A DNA stretch of 52,655 nucleotides from Nemertoderma westbladi (GCA_032718475.1 JAUCBJ010007731.1:1-52655), one strand, 5' to 3'; shown: positions 13,001 through 23,400, counted from the stretch's first letter. A program made the numbers and translations. Notes: generated by a model from the sequence alone, not told the origin.

Positions 13001-13228
13001 ATCAAAGTCGTCATGTAGCCCCAACAGTAATTCCTTAGCTTCAAGCTTGTCTAACCAATGTTCCTGTAGCGCGAGGACGTCCAACTGGCTGAGAAGATCT
13101 TTAACAGCATCGCTGCTTGAAGTGAAACCATGACAGTTAAAAGTTCCCAAACGTATATCCCGTATCGATTCATCACAAGCTTGTAAAGTTATTGTGTTAG
13201 GGGCTACATTATCGTTGATGTTAAACAT
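10082..13228 (-). CDS. LINE ORF2: apurinic-like endonuclease + reverse transcriptase (1048 aa, intact)
   Basis: APE motifs TFNCHG, LQEHW, GGVALF, ADTN, SYIDHI, SDHVPV. RT motifs YRPIS, LDIQSAFDNV, GIKQGSLLSP, YADD, FLGY. Confidence 0.96.
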   Translation of the reverse strand: MFNINDNVAPNTITLQACDESIRDIRLGTFNCHGFTSSSDAVKDLLSQLDVLALQEHWLDKLEAKELLLGLHDDFDCVFTTRNNSSTVIRGGVALFYRTSAFNNITRFDSKDDMVGIRANYCNYQQPFVVTCCYFPDTSKDSTLYNDHVGRLSTILQVHSDSSPVILADTNTDLGNLQGPRKCKLKISKRGRLLHNYLKESELVAIDTYSPFSGPCITFRGNGFSYIDHIITNQHMLNCVTKGKVFEHDFQLYSDHVPVVAHFHLDNVHVHATSSCLLDSHCKTNHTIVKHTTQPRTLKVKPRIAWEKVNSTMLTQYQEEVVRRLKVTYNVQPSQLSQWTIADVTFFASDIEKSIYEAAALHLPKRTATRRHTKNLRIRASPKLKSRIRTCSQLYDLWSNDNKNESSIYKPAYNESRRSIRRLKNFLAKSALATKVKKEAGLMHNNPRRFWNYFNSKDKPIASEKAQSVIKEEMKNNNNPDLKLKDELNILKANIQETCTTTIPPIISPRTVERALESLVRGKSPDASGLVLEHLLCLNKEVATSLIADMFNVCLRLGDIPVLFGNTLITNIYKGKNRPVLSSRSYRPISTICIFGKILEGVILHECFPALYQLIPKAQLAYQAKIGMDLIIASILEFLNHQRQIGQTIYVCQLDIQSAFDNVDYVILFNELSKHINPHICLVLISYYSHTVGFLKCGDCIDLEGIKLIRGIKQGSLLSPIFFNIYTGCVLSTFETPGDSSNLINLWFQIIAYADDILIFGKSIAELEHMISLVNTKLGEIKLNIEQSKTIWTFILGKNQPESSVPLFLNIKQNLILADPFICFLGYKLPRTSGSQVLNEIVQSTTRLADAFHRRGWTTRHLSCQTVGHLWRLVALPSLIHSLKYTIGMMTKEELEKLDISYRKALRSVTHLGPYVDNLIIYNLLDCRPLSCELFRHNLGAILRMRDCPNVLIQSSLTYLRLTSNASNKYAGIFSTYVKSTLHYPLPKLSSLLTYRYSKVSLLGRIDLNSLTNQQCIARNFIVECYNSSLPITLKHDRILNFFNVHKR

Positions 13229-15812
13229 ACTGCCTCATATTTGGATGGAATGTCTCGAATTGGTGACTCGGATAAATCTGCTTCTTTATATCATCAAATT
13301 TGTTATCTCCAGACCTTCCCGTGGTGTAGTTAATCGATTTGTGACATTCTGTACCAGTTGGCCAGAAGGAATGACTAAGCAATGTAGTGCGGTTTCCGCG
13401 GTCAATGGTTACTCTCATACATATATTGTTGTTGTCAGACATAACATGAGATATTCTGTGAACAGGGATACGCCTGTCTTGAAGATAATCCTTGATGCAG
13501 TGAGTATTAACTTTATTTACCTTTCCCTTTACAGTTAGATACGCATAGGGGTAGTCATGTCCTGAGAACTTATTTGGTGGTTGCTTGTAGACTGCGTGAT
13601 GATTGGAATGCAAAGAGGAAGTTGGCTTCTTCGTGTTCAGTCCCTCGAGTATGCCCTCGCGGTGATCTATGTAATGCCTTGAAGTAGATGTTGGTCTATA
13701 TTCTGTGAATGTTGCCTTTCTCGTATCTTTAGCCGAAGAGGCAGTTCTTTGGGAAGAATAAAGTCGGTGAGCATTAGAACCAGTTCTTGTTTTATTTGAT
13801 GGTTGATGTTTTTCCTCCAGTTTGCTACAATGGTTAGTTTGGTGCTTAATTGAGTTGATAATGTTATGGTTCACTTTATAAATACCAGTGCCAGTAGATT
13901 TGTTAGTGGACTTTGTGTGGTAGTTGTCTTTTGTGGTGTTATTGTGGGGGTGTATGATGTCATTATTGATTGGTATGTTGAGTTGGTCAAATTGGTTTCT
14001 GATGCTTGTGGCCGAATTTATATATGGTTTTGGTTCCCATCTTGATGTTTTCTTTTGCTGCAACCATTCCCCGTCATCATTAGTGGTCATTGTTAGGGGT
14101 CCATAGATTGATTCACTGTTCTCATTCACTCCCTTTCCGGTGTGGTCTGCCGAGTGTAGAGTTGCGTTAGTCCTTGTGAGATTATTTATATCTGCTTCTA
14201 ATACGAGTCTCGCATGACGCTCATGATTAAGTTCATCTCTTAGGTTGCACAGTTGTTGTTTTAGCATATCATTTTCGTGTTCAACTTTGGTTAATCTCGA
14301 CTGAATGACGGCAGAAAATTCTTTCATATCTGCTCTAAGTTGCTCATAGTCTGATGTAGGTGTTGTTATGTTTGTCGTGCTAGATTGTTTCAACCTCTTC
14401 CGACAGTTATCCGAAAAAAGTCGGTCTTTAATGCATTGAATAAGCTCGTAAATGTCTAGGTTCAGATCTTTCATGGAGTTTCTGGGTCTAAGCTCTAGTG
14501 TAGAGGATTGTGTTGGTTTCATTAATCCTTTGGCGGCAATAAAAAGATCGTCTCTTGTCTGGAGAAGAGTTTTACTTGATTCTGCTGATAGTCGTTTTAG
14601 GGCATTCTTTTTGTTTGCTGATAAAATATTGTTGATGTCGATTGTTAGTTTTGGGAAATTTACTTGGCTCGATACAGGTTTTCTTTCATTACTGTTTCCT
14701 AATGTAGAAACGGAGCACTGACCAAAAACACGGCATTCGCATTGCAACAAGGATTTGCAGGTTGAACAGGGATACTGCGATGTTATCAGTTCTTTGTGAT
14801 CAGGAAGTTTGTAGCACTTTACGTTATCTATGCTGTTTCGCACCCATTTTCTCGCTTCTTTACTATCGTGAATCACAGGTGATATGGTTGATTCTCCTCT
14901 GACAATTGCCATAGCATATGCACATAGAAAGATACCACAATCATGGCTATTCTTTTGAATAGTGAACTTATGAGGAGAGGTAGTAGTTTTCCATTTTGTA
15001 TTTGTAGAAGGAACTCCACAGAACCTATCAATTTCGTTAAGAATGTGAGCGATTTCTTCTGTGACCTTGGATGGGTAGATATGACCCAGTGAACATACCC
15101 TATATATGAGCCTCCTGTTTAGGTTAGCAACGTGTAATACAAAATGCGAGCCTTTTCCATTCTTTACCAGACATTCTGGAAAAAATATAAATGAATCTTT
15201 TTGATATACACTGTTGTTCTTCATGTTGATATACCGCTTTGCCACATACTGAACTGCAGTGAGCTTGTCAAACTTTTCTCTATGAACCTTCTGTGTGAAT
15301 TGACTGAGTACAGCTGCAGAGTCATAATTTAGAGAGATAATGCCAAGAAATCCATCTATTACTGCGTCAGAAATCCAGCGTTTTCCACTTAAAGTGTCCA
15401 CGTCCGAGGGCATTGGGAGAACTAAACCTGGTGTCGTTTTAACAAGTCGTATTGATTCAATATATGCTTTAATTTCTGCGTCCATCTCAGTGGGGTTCTT
15501 TGGTTGGTTGTCTTGGCTGCCTCTGTCGGGAAACACTTCGAATAAATCAGGATCATTACTGTTGATATCCATATCCCCTTTCCCTTTAGTGTTGGTTGAT
15601 TGTAGGCCTATAGTTGAATTTTGAGGTATTATTGAGTGGTCATTTATAATGTAGTTACTTGTCGGCAGTCGGGGTTCAAACATCTGAGCGTCTACAGACA
15701 GATTGGATGATGCAGCATTTGATGGTTGCTGCAGTTGGATTTCTTGGTCACTGTCACCGGCAATTGATCGAACTACCCAATTTCCATCCTCCATTTCATC
15801 CTCCACTACCAC
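13221..15812 (-). CDS. LINE ORF1 (C-terminal part): Ulp1/SENP (C48)-like protease domain, Cys cluster, coiled coil, C-terminal RRM-like ORF1 domain
   Basis: LSGKRWISDAVIDGFL ... GSHFVLHV ... QKNSHDCGIFLCAYA matches the C48 signature. Coiled coil at LTKVEHENDMLKQQL. FWPTG motif typical of LINE ORF1 ends. The frame is open up to 15923 and overlaps the ORF2 start by 8 nt. Confidence 0.82.
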   Translation of the reverse strand: MVVEDEMEDGNWVVRSIAGDSDQEIQLQQPSNAASSNLSVDAQMFEPRLPTSNYIINDHSIIPQNSTIGLQSTNTKGKGDMDINSNDPDLFEVFPDRGSQDNQPKNPTEMDAEIKAYIESIRLVKTTPGLVLPMPSDVDTLSGKRWISDAVIDGFLGIISLNYDSAAVLSQFTQKVHREKFDKLTAVQYVAKRYINMKNNSVYQKDSFIFFPECLVKNGKGSHFVLHVANLNRRLIYRVCSLGHIYPSKVTEEIAHILNEIDRFCGVPSTNTKWKTTTSPHKFTIQKNSHDCGIFLCAYAMAIVRGESTISPVIHDSKEARKWVRNSIDNVKCYKLPDHKELITSQYPCSTCKSLLQCECRVFGQCSVSTLGNSNERKPVSSQVNFPKLTIDINNILSANKKNALKRLSAESSKTLLQTRDDLFIAAKGLMKPTQSSTLELRPRNSMKDLNLDIYELIQCIKDRLFSDNCRKRLKQSSTTNITTPTSDYEQLRADMKEFSAVIQSRLTKVEHENDMLKQQLCNLRDELNHERHARLVLEADINNLTRTNATLHSADHTGKGVNENSESIYGPLTMTTNDDGEWLQQKKTSRWEPKPYINSATSIRNQFDQLNIPINNDIIHPHNNTTKDNYHTKSTNKSTGTGIYKVNHNIINSIKHQTNHCSKLEEKHQPSNKTRTGSNAHRLYSSQRTASSAKDTRKATFTEYRPTSTSRHYIDHREGILEGLNTKKPTSSLHSNHHAVYKQPPNKFSGHDYPYAYLTVKGKVNKVNTHCIKDYLQDRRIPVHRISHVMSDNNNICMRVTIDRGNRTTLLSHSFWPTGTECHKSINYTTGRSGDNKFDDIKKQIYPSHQFETFHPNMRQYV

Positions 15813-15916
15813 GATCTCATAATGAGGTTTTGGTTCAGTTGGGACCTTGGAAGTATCCTTATCTGCGTGAGGTGGATTTGAAGATGGTTCATCTGCAGTC
15901 GGAGATGAAACTCGAC

Positions 15917-17155
15917 TTAAAAGTTACTCGGATTCCAGGACACCAATGCCCGGCTGAGCCAGGAGATCATGGGCTGTATGGATGCCCAGGCCTCCACCCG
16001 ACTCAGGTTAGCAGACACTCCTTCCACACGTTTATTAATTGCTCGTTCGCATTCAGGTATTACAATATCTCCAGGATCATTACAAAAATATGAGTTCGCC
16101 TGCTTTGTATAATTGCTATCCTTCTTTGTAAAATATTCAGTTATCTTTGTCTTGCGAGTAGACTTAGTATTAATAGTATTATTATTCACATTCTTATGAT
16201 TAATGGGCAAAAACTGAGGATTCAAAAGTCCGTTGGGTCTGGGGTTTGTCTCAATGTTGGGCGGACTTGGAGGAACCGGAAGTGAAAGTCCATTGTTGTT
16301 CACCATGTCATTGGACGAGGACGTACTCGGAGCAACTGGAAATCCATCGGAGTTTAACACGGCATTTAGAGAACTTGGAGCAGCTGGAAGTCCGTCGGAG
16401 TTCAACATGGCGTTGGGCGAACGCGGAGCAGCTGGAAGTCCGTCGGAGTTCAACATCAACACGGCGTTGGGCGAACTCGGAACAGCTGGTAGTCCGTCGG
16501 AGTTCAACACGGCGTTGGGCGAACTCGGAGCAGCTGGAAGTCTGTCGGAGATCAACACGGCATTGGGCGAATTCGGAGCAGCTGGAAGTCTGTCGGAGCT
16601 CAACAAGGCGTTGGGCGAACTCAGAGCAGCTGGAAGTCTGTCGGAGTTCAACACCGCATTGGACGAACTCTGAGCAGCTGGAAGTCCGTCGGAGTTCAAC
16701 ACGGCGTTGGGTGAACACGGGGCAGCTGGAAGTCCGTCGGAGTTCAACACAGCGTTGGGCGAACTCAGAGCAGCTGGGAGTCCGTCGGAGTTGGAGTTCA
16801 ACACGGCGTTGGGCGAACTCGGAGCAGCTGGGTGTCCGTTGGAATTCAACACGGCGTTGGGCGAACTCGAAGCAGCTGGGAGTCCGTCGAAATTCGACAT
16901 GGCGTTGGGCGAACTCCGAGCAGCTGGAAGTTTGGTTGGAAATCCGTCTGAGCCGGGGTAGTGCTCAGCATGATCATGCGTATCAGTGCACGATTGAGCG
17001 GATGAAGTGCCTGAGTCCCAACGGAGGTCCTCTGGAAATATCGCTTTTCCTTTTAAATCTAAAAGGCGCATAGCACGCTTGAGTTTTTCTGGACGAGATC
17101 CCGTAGTGATTAAATCGTTCTTGTCAAGGAACCGTTTCAGTGTCTCCGTGTTCAT
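15917..17155 (-). CDS. LINE ORF1 (N-terminal part): SAP-like motif + 16-aa tandem repeats
   Basis: MNTETLKRFLDKNDLITTGSRPEKLKRA resembles the SAP consensus (..ELK..L...GL.T.G.K..L..R). Followed by (NSDGLPAAPSSPNAVL)n. Confidence 0.7.
   Translation of the reverse strand: MNTETLKRFLDKNDLITTGSRPEKLKRAMRLLDLKGKAIFPEDLRWDSGTSSAQSCTDTHDHAEHYPGSDGFPTKLPAARSSPNAMSNFDGLPAASSSPNAVLNSNGHPAAPSSPNAVLNSNSDGLPAALSSPNAVLNSDGLPAAPCSPNAVLNSDGLPAAQSSSNAVLNSDRLPAALSSPNALLSSDRLPAAPNSPNAVLISDRLPAAPSSPNAVLNSDGLPAVPSSPNAVLMLNSDGLPAAPRSPNAMLNSDGLPAAPSSLNAVLNSDGFPVAPSTSSSNDMVNNNGLSLPVPPSPPNIETNPRPNGLLNPQFLPINHKNVNNNTINTKSTRKTKITEYFTKKDSNYTKQANSYFCNDPGDIVIPECERAINKRVEGVSANLSRVEAWASIQPMISWLSRALVSWNPSNF
16320..16930 (-). 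repeat. 48-bp coding minisatellite (~12 copies) in LINE ORF1
   Basis: Unit ggagcagctggaagtccgtcggagttcaacacggcgttgggcgaactc on the + strand. Confidence 0.92.
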
Positions 17156-17428
17156 TTTACGGAGACGAGAGTAATCTATATCCAGAAATACGTGGACGCT
17201 AGCACTCGGCTAAACGCCCGTTCTGTCGATCCGAGGGATCGCTTGTTGAGGTCTCAGACGTGGTTGTAGGCTACGAACCCGGCCTCCAGCGAGTATTCTC
17301 TGCCAGAAACCTTCGCGCGCGTATTACAGTTGACAGAAGGTACAGCAAATAAAATAAAATAAAATCGGAGATAAAATTAAGTAAAAACGTTCCGTCAGAA
17401 CGAAGTTATAGATGTTCAAATAGTAGTA

Positions 17429-20422
17429 TCAGACCCTAAGCTAATCCAACACCATAGGTCTATCATCGGCACTCGGGCCCAAGTCAAACGGAACCAGGAA
17501 GCAGCTGTCCCACCGCAGCAACAGCCTAGTCAAGAAACTTGTTCCCAGCGATCCGATAGCTCCAGTAATTCGGATACTGTCGAGCTGACCCCCGAACGCG
17601 GATTGCAGATGGCGGCTAAAGCCTACTCGGACCCCCTTCTCACCCTTCCTGCCGCAGTGCTAACTACTATATTGATTGCGGTGGAGGAACATCAAGCCGA
17701 TTGGGCGAGAAATAAGCGAGCGACCCAAGACAATTATGCGGGATACGCCAGGGAAGAATTGATGTCTATTGTCGAGTCACAATGGAACTTTCCCGGACCC
17801 GGACTCCCGCTAGATTTGTCCGAGGCCACTTGGGAGGATATATACAGGATGGGAGTGACTAAAGATACGATGGATCCAGCTGTTTGGAAGAGGTCGGCAG
17901 CAGGATATGTGCAGGGATTCTTCGGCTCCTTAGAGCGATTAGAAGAACAACTGTTTCGACAACCCCAAGGACCTCAAGAGCAGGAAGAACTGCTATATCA
18001 AGTACGCGAAAGAACCCTACGCATTCGACTAATCCTATCAGCCTTTGAGGAAACTTCCAAAAGAAGACAGGACACGTCGCTGCAGGTTGCTGTCAAAACT
18101 TGGTTCCAGCGGGTAGGTCTCAAAATACAAGAAACGGACCAGTGGAAATCCCAACTGTCTGAGAGACTAACCTATGACGAACCAACCGATGTCACCCTTT
18201 CTCAAGTGGAAGGCGAAGAGACCGCAGAGAGACCACGAACGAGAGACGCCATCGACATTTATCTGTCCGACTATCAGCGATTCCTAGGAGACGAAGAGTT
18301 GAGGAGACGGCTGTCTGGACTTTCCCCTAATAGTGAAGGAACCCAGCGTGTGTTAGACTCAATCGATGCTGAAATGTTAGCTGCTAACCAAGCTAAATTT
18401 GATGAAAAACTCCGCCTCGCTAGAGCCCAAGAAGGGCAAGTAAAGAAAAAACGGATAGAGGACCGAAAGGCAGCAGCAGTAACGGCGGCAGAAGCAGAAG
18501 CAAAAAGAGAGGCAACGGCGGCAGAAGTAGAAGCAAAAAGAAAGGCAACGGCGGCAGAAGCAGAAGCAAAGAGAGAGGCAGCGGTGGCAGAAGCAGAACG
18601 GAGAGCATCTGAGGAGACTACCCAACTAGAGTTGGAAAATCTGCAAGAGACGCAAGACAACATAAATAAACAGTTAACTGCTAGTCACATGCAGATGATG
18701 AGAAGATCTACTCCCAAACGCCAGGGATACACATCATCGGAGGAAAGCGAAACCACCGATCCTGAAGGCGGAGGAAATAGATCTCGTCTAAGCAGGCGTA
18801 GAAAAACATCTCACCGTTACAAATTGCCTGATTTGCCCCCAGCTGTGAGAAGACAATTAGCTAGCACAGACTTAAGTAGAATAGAACCTACAGACCAAAT
18901 TATTAAGGTCAAAACACTCCCTACTATAGTTGATGAGCCTGAAATAATTAGGCCTGTCGTTCCCAAAGTCACTCCTGTGCTAGAGACCCCTGTACTTCCA
19001 GAGCTTAACTCTAAATTCCCTTTACACAGTACTACACTGCCTGTGCCCGGTAGAACAGTCCATGAGAATATCCCTGTCCTGGAAGCTGAGAGAGAAATCA
19101 AAGATTTGTCTCCCGTCGTCCCACGTCAGCCCGCTACAATGTTGGCGACTCCCGCTTCGGCGGTCGAGTGGGTAGAGGAGGGACGGCGGGGGATGAATCT
19201 CCTGCTCGGACAGATGCAGGAGACTGTCTACCAACTTAAGGGAACAGTAAGGGAAGGTAGGGCCGAATTGCAAGAAGTGCAGCAAAGTATCGCGCTAGAA
19301 CGCGACAAATTAGTCAATATCCAAAAAGGGATACCAATACCCCCTGTAAAATTGTGTCAACCTGTTAGGTCTGAAGTATTACATGCGCAAGGTGTGGAGC
19401 CTACACGCATCTATACTGCTAGTGAAGTAGAAACTCCTATAGCAAACCCTATTAAGGGTGATTATAGACCTGTTATTAATGATATCCCCTATAGACCTAA
19501 CAATGATCCGAGAAATTTATATACCGATAATTCGATATTAAATAACACGATGGCCCAAGAAAGCTTTACGCGTCAGATGGCTAGAACAGAAGCCCGCCAA
19601 GCGGTTAAAGTGGGAGAGATCGTCAAATTCAATGGAGATGAGATGAAATGGTTACCTTTCAACGAATATTACAAAGATAGCATACAAAACTCTGTACTAT
19701 CTAACGGAGAGAAACTTAGGTTCCTCATCAAGTGCTTGGAAGGACCTCCCAGGTTAATGGCGTTAAAGTTTATTGGACATCCAGAAGGATTAAGACAAGT
19801 ATGGGATACATTAAACATCAGGTATGGTAACAAGGATAACATAGCTAAGTATTTGTATGCAAAATTAGTAGCCCCCCGACACTTCCTTAGTAGTGGGATT
19901 ATAGAGTTTTCCGATGAAATTCAGGAAATCTGTAGACAATTGGACTGGTTAGGTAAGTCTCATGAATATCAGAGTTCCATGGTTATTGGAGCAGTAGTCT
20001 CTACTTTACCCAAGGGTGGAGTATGTACACGTTGGGACAAGAAAGTGTTGTACATGAATGAACAACAACGACGAAGCCCTACCATGACTGATCTCATGTC
20101 CTTCTTAGATGGTGAAGTAAAACTACAACTCATCAAGCAGTCCAGAGAGAAAACATCGGAAAATAAGGTAAGTGAGAAACCCGCTTCTAGGAGAAGAGTA
20201 ACACCGGTGTGTTACACTGACGACGGCGAAAGCCAAGCTTCTCAAGAAGAGGACAGCGGGAAAGACACTGAGAGATCTTACTACGTTGACAAAACCTCAA
20301 AAGATGTAAGTAAATACAAGGCTCGAAACAACGATAGGAGAGAACAGGTTGCCAAGACCCCCCCTCAGTCTCCTAACAGAATGCACCGAAGAAAACCCGA
20401 AGAAAAAACGAGAGTGCATTAA
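17429..20422 (+). CDS. gag: gag (main part), with 33-bp AAEAEAKRE repeats at ~18480-18600
   Basis: Long ORF with a BEL-type capsid region (KFNGDEMKWLPF...LSNGEKLRFLIKCLEG...LNIRYG). Ends at an in-frame TAA 15 nt before the next ORF. Confidence 0.88.
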   Translation, partial: SDPKLIQHHRSIIGTRAQVKRNQEAAVPPQQQPSQETCSQRSDSSSNSDTVELTPERGLQMAAKAYSDPLLTLPAAVLTTILIAVEEHQADWARNKRATQDNYAGYAREELMSIVESQWNFPGPGLPLDLSEATWEDIYRMGVTKDTMDPAVWKRSAAGYVQGFFGSLERLEEQLFRQPQGPQEQEELLYQVRERTLRIRLILSAFEETSKRRQDTSLQVAVKTWFQRVGLKIQETDQWKSQLSERLTYDEPTDVTLSQVEGEETAERPRTRDAIDIYLSDYQRFLGDEELRRRLSGLSPNSEGTQRVLDSIDAEMLAANQAKFDEKLRLARAQEGQVKKKRIEDRKAAAVTAAEAEAKREATAAEVEAKRKATAAEAEAKREAAVAEAERRASEETTQLELENLQETQDNINKQLTASHMQMMRRSTPKRQGYTSSEESETTDPEGGGNRSRLSRRRKTSHRYKLPDLPPAVRRQLASTDLSRIEPTDQIIKVKTLPTIVDEPEIIRPVVPKVTPVLETPVLPELNSKFPLHSTTLPVPGRTVHENIPVLEAEREIKDLSPVVPRQPATMLATPASAVEWVEEGRRGMNLLLGQMQETVYQLKGTVREGRAELQEVQQSIALERDKLVNIQKGIPIPPVKLCQPVRSEVLHAQGVEPTRIYTASEVETPIANPIKGDYRPVINDIPYRPNNDPRNLYTDNSILNNTMAQESFTRQMARTEARQAVKVGEIVKFNGDEMKWLPFNEYYKDSIQNSVLSNGEKLRFLIKCLEGPPRLMALKFIGHPEGLRQVWDTLNIRYGNKDNIAKYLYAKLVAPRHFLSSGIIEFSDEIQEICRQLDWLGKSHEYQSSMVIGAVVSTLPKGGVCTRWDKKVLYMNEQQRRSPTMTDLMSFLDGEVKLQLIKQSREKTSENKVSEKPASRRRVTPVCYTDDGESQASQEEDSGKDTERSYYVDKTSKDVSKYKARNNDRREQVAKTPPQSPNRMHRRKPEEKTRVH

Positions 20423-20437
20423 GTTACCCAAGGTAAA

Positions 20438-23400
20438 GTGAGTAACATAAAACCTAACTGTGCGCTGTGCGACGGGACCCACCGTTTGAGTGCGTGTGCC
20501 GAATTTCTAAAGAAATCCCTTGTAGACAGACGTGCAGTCGTGTGGGACAAGCGGTTATGCTATAATTGCCTCAGACCAGGACACCAACGGCGAACCTGTT
20601 ACTCCGACATAAAGTGTGCAAAGTGTGGCGCGAAACATCACATCTTGTTACACAGTGAGTTTGAACGAGACAAACAGAGTCAGGTAAGTGAGCCCGAACT
20701 ACATGTCCAATTCAGTGATGTAAATGACACTGATCAGGAGTCTGAGATGGAAGGATTCTATACTGACGAATTCTCCGACGCCAACGAATCCTGTTATCTA
20801 ATCAATACCGCAGTGTATCGAGCACTTACTTATGAAAAGGACACCAACAATGAGTTTCCCCCAACTACTTTTGCCAAACAACCATCTTGGAAAGCTCCAA
20901 CTTCCAACGTAGGAATCAGAGAATTTCCTGTAGTGCAGGTAAGAGTTCACGGTCCTAATCACAGTTACATAGTGAACGCACTCCTTGACTCCGGCAGCAC
21001 AGGAACATTCATCGATCAAGAATTAGCCGAAGATATCTTTGCTGGACAACCCAAATTCCGGACTAAATTGAATATGTCAGGAATTATGCAGGTTTGGAAA
21101 TCTACCCTAACGGCAGATTACTATGTAGGTGTGTTGTCCACCCCCCAGGATAAGTTAGGAGCACAAGGTATAAGGTCGGGAAAAATGGTGGCTATAAAGA
21201 ACTTCGCTACTACTCAAGCAGACCTTTATAATTGGGACGAGGATGAGAGCATCCAACATCTTAAGATACCTCGATTCCAGACAGATTATCCTGGAGTGCA
21301 AATACTCATCGGCCAAAACGCGCACGAGGCGCTCGAAACATTAGAGAAACGGCCTGCTCAACCGCAGCCACTGCAAACCTATGCGGTAAGAACTAGAGTA
21401 GGTTGGTACTTTACTGGCCCTTCCCGCAGGACTCTCGAAGAGAGAAGGCCACAAGAACGAGTATACCAGGTGAGTGATTGGAGCGAGGAGAGCAGTGAGG
21501 TGGATGAACTAACTGAGGAAACACCATACTCTTCAGATAATGACGACATCTACCAACTCTTCGATCAAGAGAACACCATCGACCTACTTACCAAAAACCA
21601 AACTTGGAAAAATCAGGTGAACCTATGTCAACTGATTCGCCCATCGGAACCCATCGCTTACAATGACGAACTAAACGATGAGATAGAGCGTTGCAACGCT
21701 AGAACTCGGGACGAACTAGCCGTACGATTCTTTACTCAAGAACTGGTAGAGCCCAATTCATATGATAAGGCCCTATCGATAGAAGAAGAAAGAGCCAAGC
21801 AAATCCAGGAAACAACTACACGTTTTTTAAAGGAACAAGGTAGATATGAAATCGGCCTACCATTTGGAAAACGAGAACCTAGATTTGTAAATAACAGACC
21901 CTTGGCAGAGAAAATAATCGCTCAATTGCATCGACGCCTTACGGCTAATACTTCAGCTGAAGAAATGTACCAAACTCAGCTGAAGAAATTTATAACAAAG
22001 GGATACGCGGAGCGAGTGCCGGAAGGAACACCAGTGACTGAGAGAACGTATTACTTAACACATCATTACGTTCCCAAACCCGGTAAACCCCATGAAGTCC
22101 GAGTCGTATTCGATGGCTCTGCGCTATATATGGGCCAATCCCTCAATTCCGAGTTGTTACCCGGACCCAACTTACTCCAATCTTTGTTGGGAATACTTTT
22201 GAGATTAAGACAATACTCCATCGCGTTCGCCTCCGATATCGAAGGAATGTTCTTACAAGTCAAGGTGCTGGATAGAGATAGAGACAGCCTGAGATTTCTG
22301 TGGTGGCCTGAAGGAGACCTCAATCAGAAACCGGTAGAGTACTGGATGACCATCCAGGCTTTTGGAATCATATCAAGCCCTTCCAACGCCTGCTCCGTGG
22401 TGCGAACCACTGCGAATGACAACCGAGACTCCTTCTCAAAAGAGGTGATAGACAACATCAAACGGAATATATACATGGACGACAATTTAAGGTCCCTTCC
22501 ATCAGTAGAAGAAGCCATAGATGTCGCGAAAGGAACGGTAGAGTGTTTGAAAAGAGGTGGATTCCGACTGACGAAATTCACCAGCAACTCCCGTGAGTTT
22601 CTGGAAGCGATACCGGTAGAAGACCGCGGAGCGAAAGACCTAGACTTAATAAAGGACGATCTTCCTGAAACCAAGACGCTTGGCTTGAAGTGGGACACTG
22701 AAAGAGACATCCTGTTTTTTCAGCTCAAACAGCGAGATAATCCAGTTCGGACCAAACGGATTTGTTTAAGTATCCTGAGCACTTATTTCGACCCATTGGG
22801 ATTTATTAGCCCAGTTATATTGATTGCTCGGAGTTTAGTACAACAAATGTGGCTTGAAAACCACTCATGGGACGATCCGCTTAAGGGAGAATTGTTAAAG
22901 AAATGGATGAAATGGGAAGATTCTCTACCTGCCATCGAGAACTTTATAATTTCCCGTACATATTTTGGCCATGTTCTTCCTACGTATTCCTATCAACTCC
23001 ATGTGTTTGGAGACGCCAGCGACATAGGAATAGGTATAGTAGCATATCTGCGAGTCGAAACCCCAGATGGAATCAAAGTCGCCTTGGTTACCTCTAAGGC
23101 ATTGATTAACAACAAGTTAAAGGTTCCTCGAGCGGAGTTAAAGGCGGCTTTATACGCTACAGCCATCGGCCAGAACGTAACGGAACAAATCGACTACCCA
23201 CTGGAGAAAACGGTTTATTGGACCGACGCTTTACTCGTGTTGGAGTATCTAACCAATGAAGTCTGTCAGTTCAGCGTTTTTGTTACTAACAGGGTAGCTA
23301 TTATTCTTAGTCGCACAAAGATAGATCAATGGAGACATTGCCCTGGTACGATTAATCCAGCCGATATCGCCTCCAGGGGAGCAACTCCACAGGAACTGAT

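Larger units (their letters stand above)
9822..17420 (-). mobile_element. Full-length non-LTR retrotransposon (APE-RT LINE, possibly RTEX-like), antisense inside gag
   Basis: 9-bp TSD TAGTAGTAT at 9813-9821 and 17421-17429. (TAA/TAAA)n 3' tail at ~9822-9840. ORF1 region plus APE-RT ORF2. The clade call rests only on NCHGF/QEHWL motifs and is tentative. Confidence 0.93.

Noticed and set aside
16233-17073. Plus-strand and alternate-frame ORFs over the 48-bp repeat (and antisense ORFs at 18274-18663)
   Set aside because: Shadow ORFs of stop-poor coding repeats.
20420-20437. In-frame TAA between gag and the zinc-knuckle/pol ORF as programmed readthrough (similarly 23969-23971)
   Set aside because: BEL elements usually have one gag-pol ORF. 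The first stop separates capsid from its own knuckles and the second lies within pol, with no readthrough context. One or two nonsense changes are compatible with the observed LTR divergence.
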